The notes beneath the pieces were generated by a model that saw only the letters and a list, made by a program, of their open reading frames with translations, was not told the origin of the DNA and searched no databases. Below, piece after piece: positions 44,882 to 60,559 of a stretch of DNA of 64,000 bases (position 1 is the first letter of the stretch; each line of letters opens with the position of its first letter). Both the position numbers and the translations under genes were made by a program. The stretch lies in the NCBI GenBank assembly GCA_964016885.1, contig OZ024759.1, positions 20,894,001-20,958,000 of the forward strand, written 5' to 3'. The stretch comes from Eledone cirrhosa (lineage: Eukaryota).

Positions 44882-45726
44882 TACATTGAATTTCGTTTAT
44901 TGTCGATGATGCAGTTGATGTTGTTGGTGTTATTGTTGTTGTTTTAGCCCCTGGTCGACACTGGAATCTAATAATATAATCATAAACACCCCATACATAT
45001 TCTCTCGCCACGCTCCACTCCTCTCCCTTTCTCTAGAACCTGATGATAATCGATCTTATTATTTCTGCACCCCCCCCCCCCACCCCCACCCACCCCACCC
45101 CGTTTCCTTTAGACAGAACAAATCTAATTGTCGTGATCATATTTAAGACTGCATTGTCGTACAATTTGATTGAACAGTATTGGAAACGTATGTATATGCA
45201 TGTATGTATATATATATATATATGTATGTATGTATGTACATCTATGTATGTATGTATGTGTATGTATGTATGTGTATGTATGTGTGTATGTATATGTATA
45301 TATGTGTATATGTATGTGTATCTATGTATTTATATGTATGTATATATCTATATATATAGGTATGTGTATATCTATATAAATATGTCTGTGTATATCTATG
45401 TATTTATATGTATATATAAATGTATATACATGTATATATATATATGTCTGTGTGTATATGTGTATATATACGTGTGTGTGTATATGTGTATGTATGTGTG
45501 TGTGTGTGTATATATATATGTGTGTATGATTGTGTATATATGTGTGTGTGTATATATCTTGATCATCTTGACCGACCAGTCTGTCGGGCGTCCATTCAGT
45601 TGTCGAGTGGTACCCGCGAGAGCGGAAACGACTACTCGGAAGGCCTCCACGAGGGTGGAGTTACGATTTTAAGAATACGATTGGGAATACATGGATCAGG
45701 AAAGCACGATCCAGAGAGGAATGGAC

Positions 45727-45782
<56 letters not shown>

Positions 45783-46193
45783 TTAAGAAATGAGTAAACT
45801 TCATATTTACCTTATTAAGAATGCTCCGCTTAAAATTGGCAATTATTAATAATGGAAGAAATAGTCATAACGCAGTACAGTGCTAAAATATACACACTGA
45901 TAGTATTGTTTAACACGTGAGTCTTAGAGGTGCCATAGTGACATAATACGTGCCGCGGCCATTTTAAACTTAGCTGGATCTCTAAGCGAGACCAGCGAAA
46001 GACGTGAAAGAAAATTGTTGAGAAAGAATCGATCCTTGCAATGGAGTAGACTGGTAATGTTTCATCGACATCGAAAGGATGAAAGATAAAGATGGCTTCA
46101 ACGGGTTTTGAACTCAGAGTTTAGTGAACCGGAACGAATACATCAAAGCATTCTATCGGACGTTCTAAGGATTTTGCTAATTCGTCGTCTTAA

Positions 46194-46408
46194 CCCCTTA
46201 GTATTTAAAGTATCCGGCCAGAATTCTCCCACCTTTTTCTGTTCAAACAAACCATAACCAGCTGCTCATACTTATGTTAAGGTATTGTTCTCAAAATAAC
46301 TAATATCAAAATCTTATAGATTTGATATTGTGTGAGATAATTATGTGAGGTAAAGCCTTTACTATGTAAATATAATAGTATATATAGAGTAATGTAAACG
46401 CTAAAGGT
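46194..46408. mobile_element. piggyBac-like MITE
   Basis: TTAA flanks, CCC start, imperfect TIR; paralog 52834-53096. Confidence 0.7.
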
Positions 46409-46678
46409 TTAAATATACCGATACCGACGATTGAACTTTAACATAATAACGTATAAAAGCCCGTTGGAAATGTAATCATAAAATCGGGTGGAACATACGC
46501 CAACATCCCGTCCTACAGAAGATGTGACTGTGAAGTTGTAGAAACGTTGAGCGTGTGTTTGAGAACTTTGTTGTTACAAATCATAGGAAAATATAGAAGA
46601 AAAATGTTTGAATTAATAAAACCCTTCCCCTAAAACATGGTCGTGGTTTCAGTTACGCACACACACACACACACACAT

Positions 46679-46755
<77 letters not shown>

Positions 46756-46812
46756 CACGCACGCATGCATAGATAATCATATACAGACACATACACACAC
46801 ACACACACACAT

Positions 46813-46861
<49 letters not shown>

Positions 46862-46998
46862 CGCACGCATGCATAGATAATCATATACAGACACATACAC
46901 ACACATACACACACATATATATATATATATATAAATTCACATATACATTACTTACATGTGAGGTCTTATATATACACACACACACACACATATATGTA

Positions 46999-47030
<32 letters not shown>

Positions 47031-47089
47031 CACAAACACGCACACTCACATATATATATACACACATATATATATATACATATATATAT

Positions 47090-48455
<1,366 letters not shown>

Positions 48456-48742
48456 TACACGGGTCCGTATATATGTTTATGTACTTATATGTGTAAGTGT
48501 ATATGAAGATATAGATGTGTAACAGACCGATTGTACAGTGTGTGTGTGTGTGTGTGTGCATGTGCGTGTGCGTGTGCGTGTGTGTGTTGCAGGTGGTATG
48601 GTGGGTGGTCTTTTTACTTGCATAATAAAAAGATGAATGGCTTAGAATCTGCATGTAAGCGCATTAAAAATACATATTGTCAAAGCTGTGAGATGTGTGT
48701 ATGAATTCATGTGTATATATGTGTGTGTGTGTATGAATCATC

Positions 48743-48775
<33 letters not shown>

Positions 48776-49235
48776 ATGAATTTGTGCATGTATGTGCATA
48801 AATGTTAGGTAGTGCGCGCGGGCGTTTATGCTTGTGTGGTTGTGTGTGTGTGTTTATACTTGTGTGTGCGTGTGTGATTATGGTTGTGTGTGTGTGTGAT
48901 TATGGTTTTGTACGTGTGCGCGCTTATGGTTGTGTGTGTGCTTATACGTGTGTGAGGGTGTGTGCGTGTTTATGGCTGTGTGTGGGGGGGGGGGTGCTTA
49001 TGAGTGCGTGCGTGTTTATGGTTGTGTGTGTGTACTTATGCTTTTGCGTGTGTGATTATGGTTGTGTGTGTGATTATGGTTTTGTACGTGTGCGCGCTTA
49101 TGGTTGTGTGTGTGCTTATATGTGTGTGGGTGTGTGTGCTTATGAGTGTGTGCGTGTTTATGGTTGTGTGTGTGTGTGTGTGTACTTATGCTTTTGCGTG
49201 TGTGCTTATGCTCGTGTGTGTGTGTGTGCTTATGC

Positions 49236-49270
<35 letters not shown>

Positions 49271-49688
49271 TATGCTTGTGTGTGTGTGTGCTTTTGCTTG
49301 TGTGTGTGTGTGCTTATGCTTGTGTGTGTGTGCTTATCGTTGCGTGTGTGGGCTTATGCTTGTGTGCGTGTGTGTGTGCGCTTATGTTTGTGTGTGCTTA
49401 TGTTTTTCTCTGTGTGTGTTTGTGTTAGGTAGCGCGTTGTAAATTATAGTATTACAATTTTCAGCGAAAGACAAACAGAAGCAGGGAGATTTAAGGGGTC
49501 CGCCAAAGTGAAAGTGAAAATTCGATTACGCATGCGCGTCAATTTATCATTCGGTTCACCTGACCCCTTGATGTCAAGAAACTCATTCTTCACGTCACAT
49601 TCGTAACGTGGCACTCCCTAATTCACTCTCCCTACCATAAACACTGCCCTCACCGCTAATACCCCCGCTAACATCATTGCAACGCACT

Positions 49689-49739
<51 letters not shown>

Positions 49740-49744
49740 CTATC

Positions 49745-49797
<53 letters not shown>

Positions 49798-50100
49798 ATC
49801 TCTCTCTCTCTCTCTGTCTCTATCTCTGTCTCTATATCTCTCTGTCTCTCTCTCTATCTATCTCTCACTCTCTCTATCTCTCACTCACTCTCTCTATATA
49901 TCTCTCTCTCTCACTCTCTCTCTCTATATATATATCTCTCACTCTCTCTCTATATATATATCTCTCTCTCACCATGTCCACTCTCATACTCTTTCTCTCC
50001 CGTTCTTTTTTTTTCCGTCTCTGTCCCTTTTCTCACCCCTTCTTTATATCTTTTTATTCCTCGTTTTCGCTCTCTCTCTCTCTGTCTCTCTCTCTGTCTC

Positions 50101-50197
<97 letters not shown>

Positions 50198-50615
50198 CAA
50201 ACAAAACGCAGGAATTATACACAGTTATATTAGGTTCACTCTCTATGTCTGTATATATATATATATATACACACATATATATATATATATATACACATAC
50301 GTAATTATCTATCTTTCTCTTGATCAAACTATCCCAGAAGGAACTTGTGTGTGTGTAACTAAGACCAGCAATTGTCTTCATTTTTGTCTCAACTTCCATA
50401 TAAATACATCCGGATGAAATCGAATCCAACGTAAACTATACAACTATAATGTTGACTCCATTCAGCAGATTCGGATCACTTAAAGATGAGTTAAACCCCG
50501 TACATCCTTCTGTGTCCCCCCACCGATCATATAATGGTAAAAAAACTAACAGAAGAGGTGGTCAGCAGAAAGTCTCCATAGAAATCTCATACCACTATAT
50601 ATATATGTGTGTGTG

Positions 50616-50656
<41 letters not shown>

Positions 50657-50986
50657 CGAGAGAGAGAGAGCTTTTAAAAAGTTAGTTCCAGGAGATTCCT
50701 AGCAGAACATTCTAAAATAAACCAGCTCTACCGTTAATCTCGCCATTACTGCAGTTTCGTCTAGGAAAGAAAATTTCTGTATCTCAGTGACAAATACCTT
50801 TCTGTTTGATTTTTAATTTTAATTATATCTCATATAAAATAATACAACTGGCTTTCCACAAAATACATATAGTTAGCACCCCAAACATTAAATTGGGATT
50901 ATACTAAGGTATATCCTAATGTTTGTTGAGTGAGATGGTAGCCAGTCAGAGTATAGCTTAAGGCTTTCTCTGTTATTGTATTGAAA

Positions 50987-51039
<53 letters not shown>

Positions 51040-51277
51040 AGGTTTTTTATATGAAATCGTGTGTCGAAACATTAAATAACGAATAAATTAAATAAAAGAG
51101 ACAGAAACGAAAAGCGAAAACCAACCAAACAGTGAGTGTGTTCTGTTATTAATTTTGGCAATAATACACAAATATGACCCTCCCCACGTATAACTATATA
51201 TATATATATAAAAACCCGTAGAGCAAATATATATTAATTTACAGATTAAAGTTTAAGCAAAAAATCGCTGCTTCCAC

Positions 51278-51330
<53 letters not shown>

Positions 51331-51639
51331 CACTCACTCACTCACTCACTCACTCACTCACTCACTCACTCACTCACTCACTCACTCACTCACTCACTCA
51401 CTCACTCACTCACTCACTCACTCACTCACTCACTCTCTCTCCAGGGCCTTCTCCCTCCTGTTGGAAGAACCCCACTGCTTTCTGTTTGGTTTTGTCAGGG
51501 CTGTAACCCTACTCACCAGGCTTGGCTAATTGCGGGTTGAGGATATTTAACTCCTAGTTGGGGTTGATGGCCGTAGGTTCTAAGGAGCTCGTACACTCTT
51601 TTAACAGTTTTCGTCCATGGAATTCCATTCACAATGCAT

Positions 51640-51742
51640 TGGCTGATCTGAGGCTATAATAGAAATCTCTTATCCAATATGCCACGCAGTGGGACTGAAT
51701 CCGAATCTACGTGATTGCAATAGAAACTCCTTAACAGAGCCA
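51640..51742 (-). mobile_element. CORE-type tRNA-derived SINE fragment
   Basis: GAGGCTATAATAGAA..GCCACGCAGTGGGACTGAA = reverse complement of B box plus CORE. Confidence 0.6.
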
Positions 51743-52006
51743 TAATTCTGACTGTTATTGAAATAAAATAAAAGATTTCCTTCATATTCAATTTCTCTCT
51801 CTATAAACCTACTACCGTATTTCCAGGCGTCAAAGACGCTATTTTCCCCCCCTGAAATAAGTCTCGAAACTCTTCCATGCGTCCTGGAGGCGGAAGGTTG
51901 CGTTTCTTATAGACATATCCTATCCCCAGGGGACAATTATCTATGCTTGACAGTAATATAAACTCTTGTATATAACCACTCAGTGAAGTGTGTAAATTAT
52001 ATTTAG

Positions 52007-52633
52007 TTCTTTTTCTTGTTTTCTTCGCCTACTTATTCCTGAGAGGGTCGTGGGGACAGTGCTCAAGCACTCCCTCGAGCGGATCCTGTCTGTAGCAACC
52101 ATCTCAAACTGATCCGGCTGGATCCCCAAGCCGAAATGGAGTTCCTCCGAAGGGTCTTTGGAGTAACATTACTCGATAAAGTGCGTAGGTCGGAGATCAG
52201 AGAGTCATTCCAGGTAGAGCCGCTACTTTTCCGAATTGAGAGATCACAGCTCCGATACTATGGGCAGATGCTTAGAATGTCTCAGGAAAGAATCACTGGA
52301 TAGAGTTGTAGCTAGGAGATCAGAGTCGCTCCAGGTAGAGCCGCTACTTCTTCGAATTGAGACATCACAGCTCCGATACTATGGGCATGTGGTTAGAATG
52401 TCTCAGCATAGAATCACTGGATATAGTTTTAGCTCGGAGATCAGTCACTCCAGGTAGAGCCGCTACTTTTCCGAATTGAGAGATCACAGCTCCGATACTA
52501 TGGGCATGTGGTTAGAATGTCTCATGAAAGAATCGCTGGACAGATTTTACGGGCCGAACCAACAGGTAGGAGACCCAAGGGTAGACCCCGAGCAAGATGG
52601 TTAGATAACATCCATGAGCTTGGCTGGTCATGC
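52007..52633 (-). mobile_element. RTE LINE fragment (family of 9410-13600) with 5' inversion and 3 tandem units
   Basis: GAA-rich tail and 3' end on minus (52007-52132); 52133-52633 inverted; candidate TSD TTATATTTAG / TTATGTTTAG. Confidence 0.85.
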
Positions 52634-52833
52634 TTATGTTTAGATAAAGTAGTAAATAAACAAAAGTATCATAAACAATTTTAAATATATACGCAATCAC
52701 AAAAATTAATTCCTCTATGTGCAGAGTCTGGTAGATTAGGTAACAAACGAGTGATATTTTTACATGTTGTGTATCAATATTGCGGGTATTTTCACTCTCT
52801 TCAAACTACCCGATTTTAAGGGAACATTATTAA

Positions 52834-53096
52834 CCCTTTAGCATTTAAACCGGCCATATCCGGCCAGAGTTCTCTCACCTCTTTCTGTTCAAACCGGTTG
52901 TAACAAACCACTCATATTTATGTTAAGGTATTGTTCTCAAATTAAATAATTCCAAAATCTCATAGATTCAATATTATGTGAGATAAAGTAAATATAAAGA
53001 AAATATAAATATAAAGTAAATATAAAGAAAATATAAATATAAAGTAAATATAAAGTAAATATAAAGAAAATATAGAGTAATGTAAATGCTAAAGGG
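52834..53096. mobile_element. piggyBac-like MITE
   Basis: TTAA-CCCTTTAGCATTTA ... TAAATGCTAAAGGG. Confidence 0.75.
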
Positions 53097-53511
53097 TTTT
53101 AAGTGACAAAAGAAATAAAACTACGGTATGTTAAAAGGGTTTACCAGCAAATATTTGACAACGAGACTTATTTTTATGTTTATTAATTCTTTTCAAATTC
53201 GGGGTTGTCAAAATTGGGGTGAATCCTCGAGGGCGAAGCGTCTTCGACGAAGGGAAATGGGGTAATTGTGTTTCACAGTCAGTTACCAAACACTACAGTG
53301 TTCATACAGTCAACCATTACATGTGCCCGTTTTAATACCACCTCCTATCGTGAAAATCAATCAATACATCCACCCTCCCCTTCGAAATCCATATATATAT
53401 GCTATCAAAATCGTTGACGACTTTTCAATTAACGAATTTACAATTGTACCAAAAAATCTATTACAAGAAAGGATATTTAAAGAATACTGCCCCTCACACA
53501 CACACGCACAT

Positions 53512-53551
<40 letters not shown>

Positions 53552-53859
53552 ACGCACGCACGCACACACACACAACTATATACAATACCTTGTGTTTTTG
53601 TATCTTGTATGGTGTGTGAGTGTGTGTATATATATATAGAGAGAGAGATTCAGAAGATCCGGTAAAAGAGTGAAAGCACCGATTCTTTGCTCAAGCTTTA
53701 ATCTGTACACACACACACACACACGTGTGTGTGTGTGTGTGTACTCTGAACAGCTGATTGCAACTGCATTACTGCAATTCGGCAGATTCAATGAGGTAGA
53801 TATTGGTCGGAGCACGTTGACTTGATACCACCGATATTCGTTATATATATATATATATA

Positions 53860-54069
53860 TGAAAAGGTTCAGGAACCCGGCTGCTCAGCTCACGCCGTTT
53901 CGGCAGCTAGATACGAACTAAAGCGCTTAAGTTCGGAATGGAGCTGTCGAAACGGCTGCAGCTCAGCCGTCGGGGTCCTGAATCTTTTCATATTACCCAC
54001 TCCACTACCCTAAGTATCGAGTACCCTGGTGCGTTATAGTGCACCTGGTATCTTACTACACCCTCTTTG

Positions 54070-54072
<3 letters not shown>
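53860..54072. mobile_element. Foldback element family C, diverged
   Basis: Inverted arms centred ~53925; reverse-complement body; TA flanks. Confidence 0.75.
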
Positions 54073-54122
<50 letters not shown>

Positions 54123-54521
54123 AGTATGTATGTATTTCATAAGGAAAGTATATACTTTCGAACGTTCAACCATCTGGCAGAAGGGTATACGGTGCTGATG
54201 ATAGCTAACAAGCTTGAAACTAGTACATCGTTCCTGTGTCAGTGTTGAACAAAAAGGTGACGTGGTTGCCTTAACACCGTACGGCATAAATTCAGGCTGT
54301 CAGTTTGTTTACAAACGGACAAAGCGGGCGTTATAATAAGCGTCCGCTAAACTGATACGTACATATATGTATGTGTACCTGTATGTATATATATATATAT
54401 ATGCATGCTACTGTACGTCTGTATACATATATGTATGTACGTATACATACATACTTACATTTAAGTAAGTGCCGTACTAGGAGTGAGAAATGAAATTTCG
54501 TTTTCATTTTATTACAACTTG

Positions 54522-54554
<33 letters not shown>

Positions 54555-54728
54555 TTGTGTCTATATTATATCTGTATTTTTTACCGTTGGTCAGTCAATG
54601 GCAACATTGAGGACCGAATAAATTAAATTAACCGATATAAAAGACACAGAAGCGAAAACCAACCAAACAGTGAGTGTGTTCTGTTATTAATTCTGGCAAT
54701 ATTATTACACAAATATGACCCTCCACAA

Positions 54729-54759
<31 letters not shown>

Positions 54760-54760
<1 letters not shown>

Positions 54761-54941
54761 TGGGGAGCTGAAAAGTTCCTGGCTTTGAGGAAAAGAAAAT
54801 ACAGGACTTTCAGTTAGTTATGATTTTATTCAACATATTCCATCTCAGATTCACACACATATTGCAGCGGTCTTACCTCCCCTGTAAAGATAACAGCTCT
54901 ACCGTTTCGCGATACCCTTAAGGTACGAACTTTTCAGCGCC

Positions 54942-54945
<4 letters not shown>
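54760..54945. mobile_element. Mariner-type MITE
   Basis: TIRs GGGGAGCTGAAAAGTTC / GAACTTTTCAGCGCCCC. Confidence 0.75.
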
Positions 54946-54975
<30 letters not shown>

Positions 54976-55181
54976 CTCGCGAGTGTCTGTATTGGCGTTT
55001 TCTGTTTGCCTAAGCCCCGTAACTTACCGGTTCGATAAAGAGAGATCGATAAAATAAGTACAAGACGTGAAAAGAAAGTAGCGAGGCTGGATATGATTGA
55101 AATAGGTAAAATAATATTTATATATAGTATTTATTTATAACACAAACACACACACACGTGTGTTTACGTGTGTATGTATTA

Positions 55182-55221
<40 letters not shown>

Positions 55222-55531
55222 CGCATACACAAAGGGACACACTGACAGACATTCACAGACGGGCAAACACACACTGACACAGGCATATGTACACACACAC
55301 ATACAGAGGCGCATGCACACACACATTGACAGACACACACACACACACACACACACTGACACATAGATAAAGAGTATAGCCCATTGGACACCAAGGCGGA
55401 TGTGTTAAAGTCCCACATAAGCGAATGCCTTTCTCACACGCTACGACAGCCAATGACGTATGGAAGCTGGAGCAAAGGTCATATCGTTTAGAACGCTCAA
55501 TGTATTTGTTTTATATATAACAATAGGTGGT

Positions 55532-55589
<58 letters not shown>

Positions 55590-56940
55590 GTGGTGATGGT
55601 GGTGGCGAAAGTGGTGGTGGTGGTGATGGTAGTGGCATAAATGGTGATGGTAGGTGGTAGCATTGATGGTGGTGGTGGCAGGGCGTGGGAGAAAGGGTGG
55701 TGGTGATGGTAGTGGCATAAATGGTGATGGTAGGTGGTAGCATTGATGGTGGTGGTGGCAGGGCGTGGGAGAAAGGGTGGTGGTGATGGTAGTGGCATAA
55801 ATGGTGATGGTAGGTGGTAGCATTGGTGGTGGTGATGGTAGTGGCATAAATGGTGATGGTAGGTGGTAGCATTGATGGTGGTGGTGGCAGGGCGTGGGAG
55901 AAAGGGTGGTGGTGATGGTAGTGGCATAAATGGTGATGGTAGGTGGTAGCATTGATGGTGGTGGTGGCAGGGCGTGGGAGAAAGGGTGGTGGTGATGGTA
56001 GTGGCATAAATGGTGATGGTAGGTGGTAGCATTGATGGTGGCGGTGGCAGGGCGTGGGAGAAAGGGTGGTGGTGATGGTGGTGGCATAAATGGTGATGGT
56101 AGGTGGTAGCATTGATGGTGGCGGTGGCAGGGCGTGGGAGAAAGGGTGGTGGTGATGGTAGTGGCATAAATGGTGATGGTAGGTGGTAGCATTGATGGTG
56201 GTGGTGGCAGGGCGTGGGAGAAAGGGTGGTGGTGATGGTAGTGGCATAAATGGTGATGGTAGGTGGTAGCATTGATGGTGGTGGTGGCAGGGCGTGGGAG
56301 AAAGGGTGGTGGTGATGGTAGTGGCATAAATGGTGATGGTAGGTGGTAGCATTGATGGTGGCGGTGGCAGGGCGTGGGAGAAAGGGTGGTGGTGATGGTA
56401 GTGGCATAAATGGTGATGGTAGGTGGTAGCATTGATGGTGGCGGTGGCAGGGCGTGGGAGAAAGGGTGGTGGTGATGGTAGTGGCATAAATGGTGATGGT
56501 AGGTTGTAGCATTGATGGTGGTGGTGGTGGTGGTGATGGTAGTGGCATGAATGGTGATGGTAGGTGGTAGCATTGATGGTGGTGGCGGCAGGGAGTAGGA
56601 GAAAGGATGGTGGAGGTGGTAGTGAGAGTAATGGTGAAATAGATGGCGGTGGAAGTGGTGGTGATGGTAGTGGTGAAATAGGTGGTGGTGATGGTAGTGG
56701 TGAAATAGATGGCGGTGGAAGTGGTGGTGATGGTAGTGGTAACATTGATGGTGGTGGGGGCAGGGAGTGGGAGAAAGGATGGTGGTGGTGGTGATGGTAG
56801 TGGTGAAGTAGATGGCGGTGGAAGTGGTGGTGATGGTAGTGGCATAAATGGTGATGGCAGTGGTAGCATTGATGGTGGTGGAGGCAGGGAGTGGTAGAAA
56901 GGATGGCGGTTGTGGTGACACTGGTGGTGGTGATGGTATA
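55590..56940. repeat. 80-bp G-rich minisatellite (~11 homogeneous units plus diverged units)
   Basis: GTGGCATAAA at 55921, 56001, 56081 ... 56481, exactly 80 bp apart. Confidence 0.95.
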
Positions 56941-57302
56941 TAATGGTTGTGTGTGTGTGTGTGTGTGTACGTGCGTATGATAATGCATGAGTGTATGTGG
57001 CAAGTGTATGCGGCAAGTGTACATGTATGGTAGTGTCGAATTCTTAAAGAGTCGGCTCGAATATTCTGCAGTACCTGATCCGACTTTGTATGTCCTGAGT
57101 TCAAATTCTACCTCCTTCTGTCAGGAGTTGTGACCAGCAGATAATAACAACAATGGAAAGACCAATGGAAACAAGGTTACCTTTGTCCCATCTGATAATA
57201 CATACCTTTCCTTATATATATATATAAGCGTGAACCTAATAAACTCATATTTGTACTGTCTCTTTGATTTTGTTCCTGTCCAAGATTTAACTCTCTCTCT
57301 CG

Positions 57303-57369
<67 letters not shown>

Positions 57370-57378
57370 ATGTGAAGA

Positions 57379-57491
57379 GGCGTGGCTGAGTGGTTAGAGA
57401 ACTGGATTCGCAATCGTGGGGTTGTGAGTTCGATTCTTGGACCGAGCAATACGTTATGTCCTTGAGCAAGACACTTTATTTCACGTTGCTC
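57379..57491 (+). mobile_element. CORE-type tRNA-derived SINE
   Basis: TGGCTGAGTGG A box, GAGTTCGATTC B box, TGTCCTTGAGCAAGACACTTT CORE; related copy 37172-37272. Confidence 0.8.
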
Positions 57492-57638
57492 TTTCTATCT
57501 GGAGTTGCGACCGATAGATAGCATCAGCAATTGGAAAGACCAATGGAAAGATTGTTTCAAGCGTGAAACTAATACACTTCATGTTATTGCATCCTCTTGT
57601 TTGTTCGGTTTTTGTTTCCTTCACGCACTGTCACACGT

Positions 57639-57693
<55 letters not shown>

Positions 57694-57987
57694 CAGTGAC
57701 ACTTAAGTTAAGACTAGCAGATAGTATCAGCAATGGAAAGACAAATGGAAATATTGTTTCCTTGGTCCGATCTATATCCGTATGTGGTTGACGGCTGAGA
57801 GAAAAAAAGCACTCAATACCGAAGTAGAGTTTTAATATTCATTTTATTAAGGCTAAATAGTGAGTCTTGTTATTCTGGAGTTTTACCTGTTTATCACAGG
57901 GTCATCAGACACATTCTTGTCTGATAAAATATATGTATATATATAAACAGTGACACTTTTTCACGAGGATGTGATTAGCAGATAGTA

Positions 57988-58173
57988 AAAGCAATGGAAA
58001 GACCAATAGAAACATTGTAAAGCAATGGAAAGACCAATAGAAACATTGTAAAGCAATGGAAAGACCAATAGAAACATTGTAAAGCAATGGAAAGACCAAT
58101 AGAAACATTGTAAAGCAATGGAAAGACCAATAGAAACATTGTAAAGCAATGGAAAGACCAATAGAAACATTGT
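57988..58173. repeat. 31-bp perfect tandem repeat x6
   Basis: AAAGCAATGGAAAGACCAATAGAAACATTGT. Confidence 0.95.
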
Positions 58174-58618
58174 ATCCTTGGTCCAATCTGTTAATCAGTT
58201 CTTTTACTTTCCGTCTGAAGTTGTGACCAGTAGATAGTATCTGCAATGGAAAGACCAATGGAAACATTATTTCATTTGTCCGATCTAATGACACCTTTCG
58301 TTATATATATATATATATTGCACTCGGTAGATTGTATCAGCAATGGAAACATGGTTTCCTTGGTCCGATCTGATGATCGGCTCCTTCCCTTTCTCTTTTC
58401 TGGGGTGTTGGTCAGATTGCTGTAAGCAAGTCCTTCTCTTACTCACTTTGATGTAATTCATGTGTGGGCAGTTAGAGGTGACATATGAGAGGTTGTGTAC
58501 GTGTGTGTTGTGGTGGGGGCTGACTGTTTCTGTCGGAGGTATCGGTTTGGGTTTGTGGGGGAGAGAGAAAAATGATGTTGAAACTTCCATTTCATATGTA
58601 ACACACAACAGAGTATAA

Positions 58619-58658
<40 letters not shown>

Positions 58659-58832
58659 GTGTATACATGCATATATATGTACATCTATATTTGTATATCG
58701 GTTTCAACACACGTTTTCAGATAAAGAATCTTGCTAAACAAATTCAGAAACAAAATATATATATATACATATAATGTGCTTGTATGTACCAACATATATA
58801 TATATCGTATGCATATATTTGTATATGTAAGC

Positions 58833-58892
<60 letters not shown>

Positions 58893-59699
58893 ATGTATGT
58901 GTGTATACAATAATGTGTATGTGTGTATGTATGTGTGTATACAATTATGTGTATGTGTGTATGTATGTGTGTATACAATTATGTGTGTGTGTGTGTGTAT
59001 GTGTGTATACAATTGTGTGTGTGTGTATGTATGTGTGTATACAATTATGTGTGTATGTATGTGTGTATACAATAATGTGTGTGTGTATGTATGTGTGTAT
59101 ACAATTATGTGTATGTGTGTATGTATGTGTGTATACAATTGTGTGTGTGTGTGTATGTGTGTATACAATTGTGTGTGTGTGTGTGTGTGTATGTATGTGT
59201 GTATACAATTATGTGTGTATACAATTATGTGTGTATGTATGTGTGTATACAATAATGTGTGTATGTATGTGTGTGATATCTTAAGGAGTTTTTATATATG
59301 AAGTAATATATGTAATGTTCGTTTGTCATTTCTAAAAGATCTCGAATAAGATAATGGTAGATTTGACTACAGCAGGCAAGAACCATCAAAGAGAGGGCTG
59401 AAGACGGGTGTTAGGGTGGGCTTTATAATTTTGAGAGGGGGGGTATCCTCTGGTGAATAGAGTAATGTTTGTAATTTTGGCAGAGGTGTATAGGGTGGTG
59501 TGTATAAATTTGTGGTGGGGCTGTAACCAGGGTGGTGGGTAAAGTTTGGTGGGGCTGTACCAGGGTGATGGGTAGAATTTCGATGTGGTTGTATAGGGGG
59601 GACAGGTTTTGTTGGTGAAACGTGGGTGGGAGAGATAGACGGAGAGGAGGGAAAATGAGAAATAGTGTGTGTACATATAGATACACACACACACACATG

Positions 59700-59824
<125 letters not shown>

Positions 59825-60253
59825 ATATATATACATATATACATTTTTACAAATATATACATATGTATATACCCCCCCCCCCCCCCTCGCACACATATGT
59901 AGATAGATATACATAGATATTGAACACATATATATATATTTATATATATCTATATATATACACACATATATATATATATGTATATACCTATGCAACTCTC
60001 TCACTTCGTATGTGTGTGTGTATATAAATATGTGTGTATATATATATATATGTGTGTATATATATATATACGTATATATATACATATATATATATACGTA
60101 TATATATACGTATATTTATATATATATACGTATATATATATAGGTATATTTATATACGTATATTTATATATATATACGTATATATATATAGGTATATTTA
60201 TATACGTATATTTATATATATATACGTATATATATATAGGTATATTTATATAC

Positions 60254-60287
<34 letters not shown>

Positions 60288-60429
60288 GTATATTTATATA
60301 CGTATATATATATATACGTATATATATATACGTATATATATATATATACGTATATTTATATACGTATATATATATATATACGTATATATATATATATACG
60401 TATATTTATATACGTATATATATATATAC

Positions 60430-60475
<46 letters not shown>

Positions 60476-60559
60476 GTATATTTATATACGTATATATATA
60501 TATACGTATATTTATATACGTATATATATATATATATATATACGTATATATATATATCT

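Larger units (their letters stand above)
51815..53262. mobile_element. Old pogo/Tigger-like DNA element with nested insertions
   Basis: TA-CCGTATTTCCAGGCGTCAAAGACGCT ... AGCGTCTTCGACGAAGGGAAATGGGG-TA (20/26 TIR match). Confidence 0.55.

Noticed and set aside
55441-57104. Three overlapping ~500-aa ORFs
   Set aside because: The 80-bp unit is not a multiple of 3, so the same peptides cycle through all frames
57379-57450. tRNA gene
   Set aside because: A and B boxes run into a CORE domain with no acceptor stem; SINE head (same for 36985-37050)
58695-58730. Hammerhead-like CTGAAAACGTGTGTTGAAAC on minus strand
   Set aside because: Core lacks CUGANGA and stems are too weak
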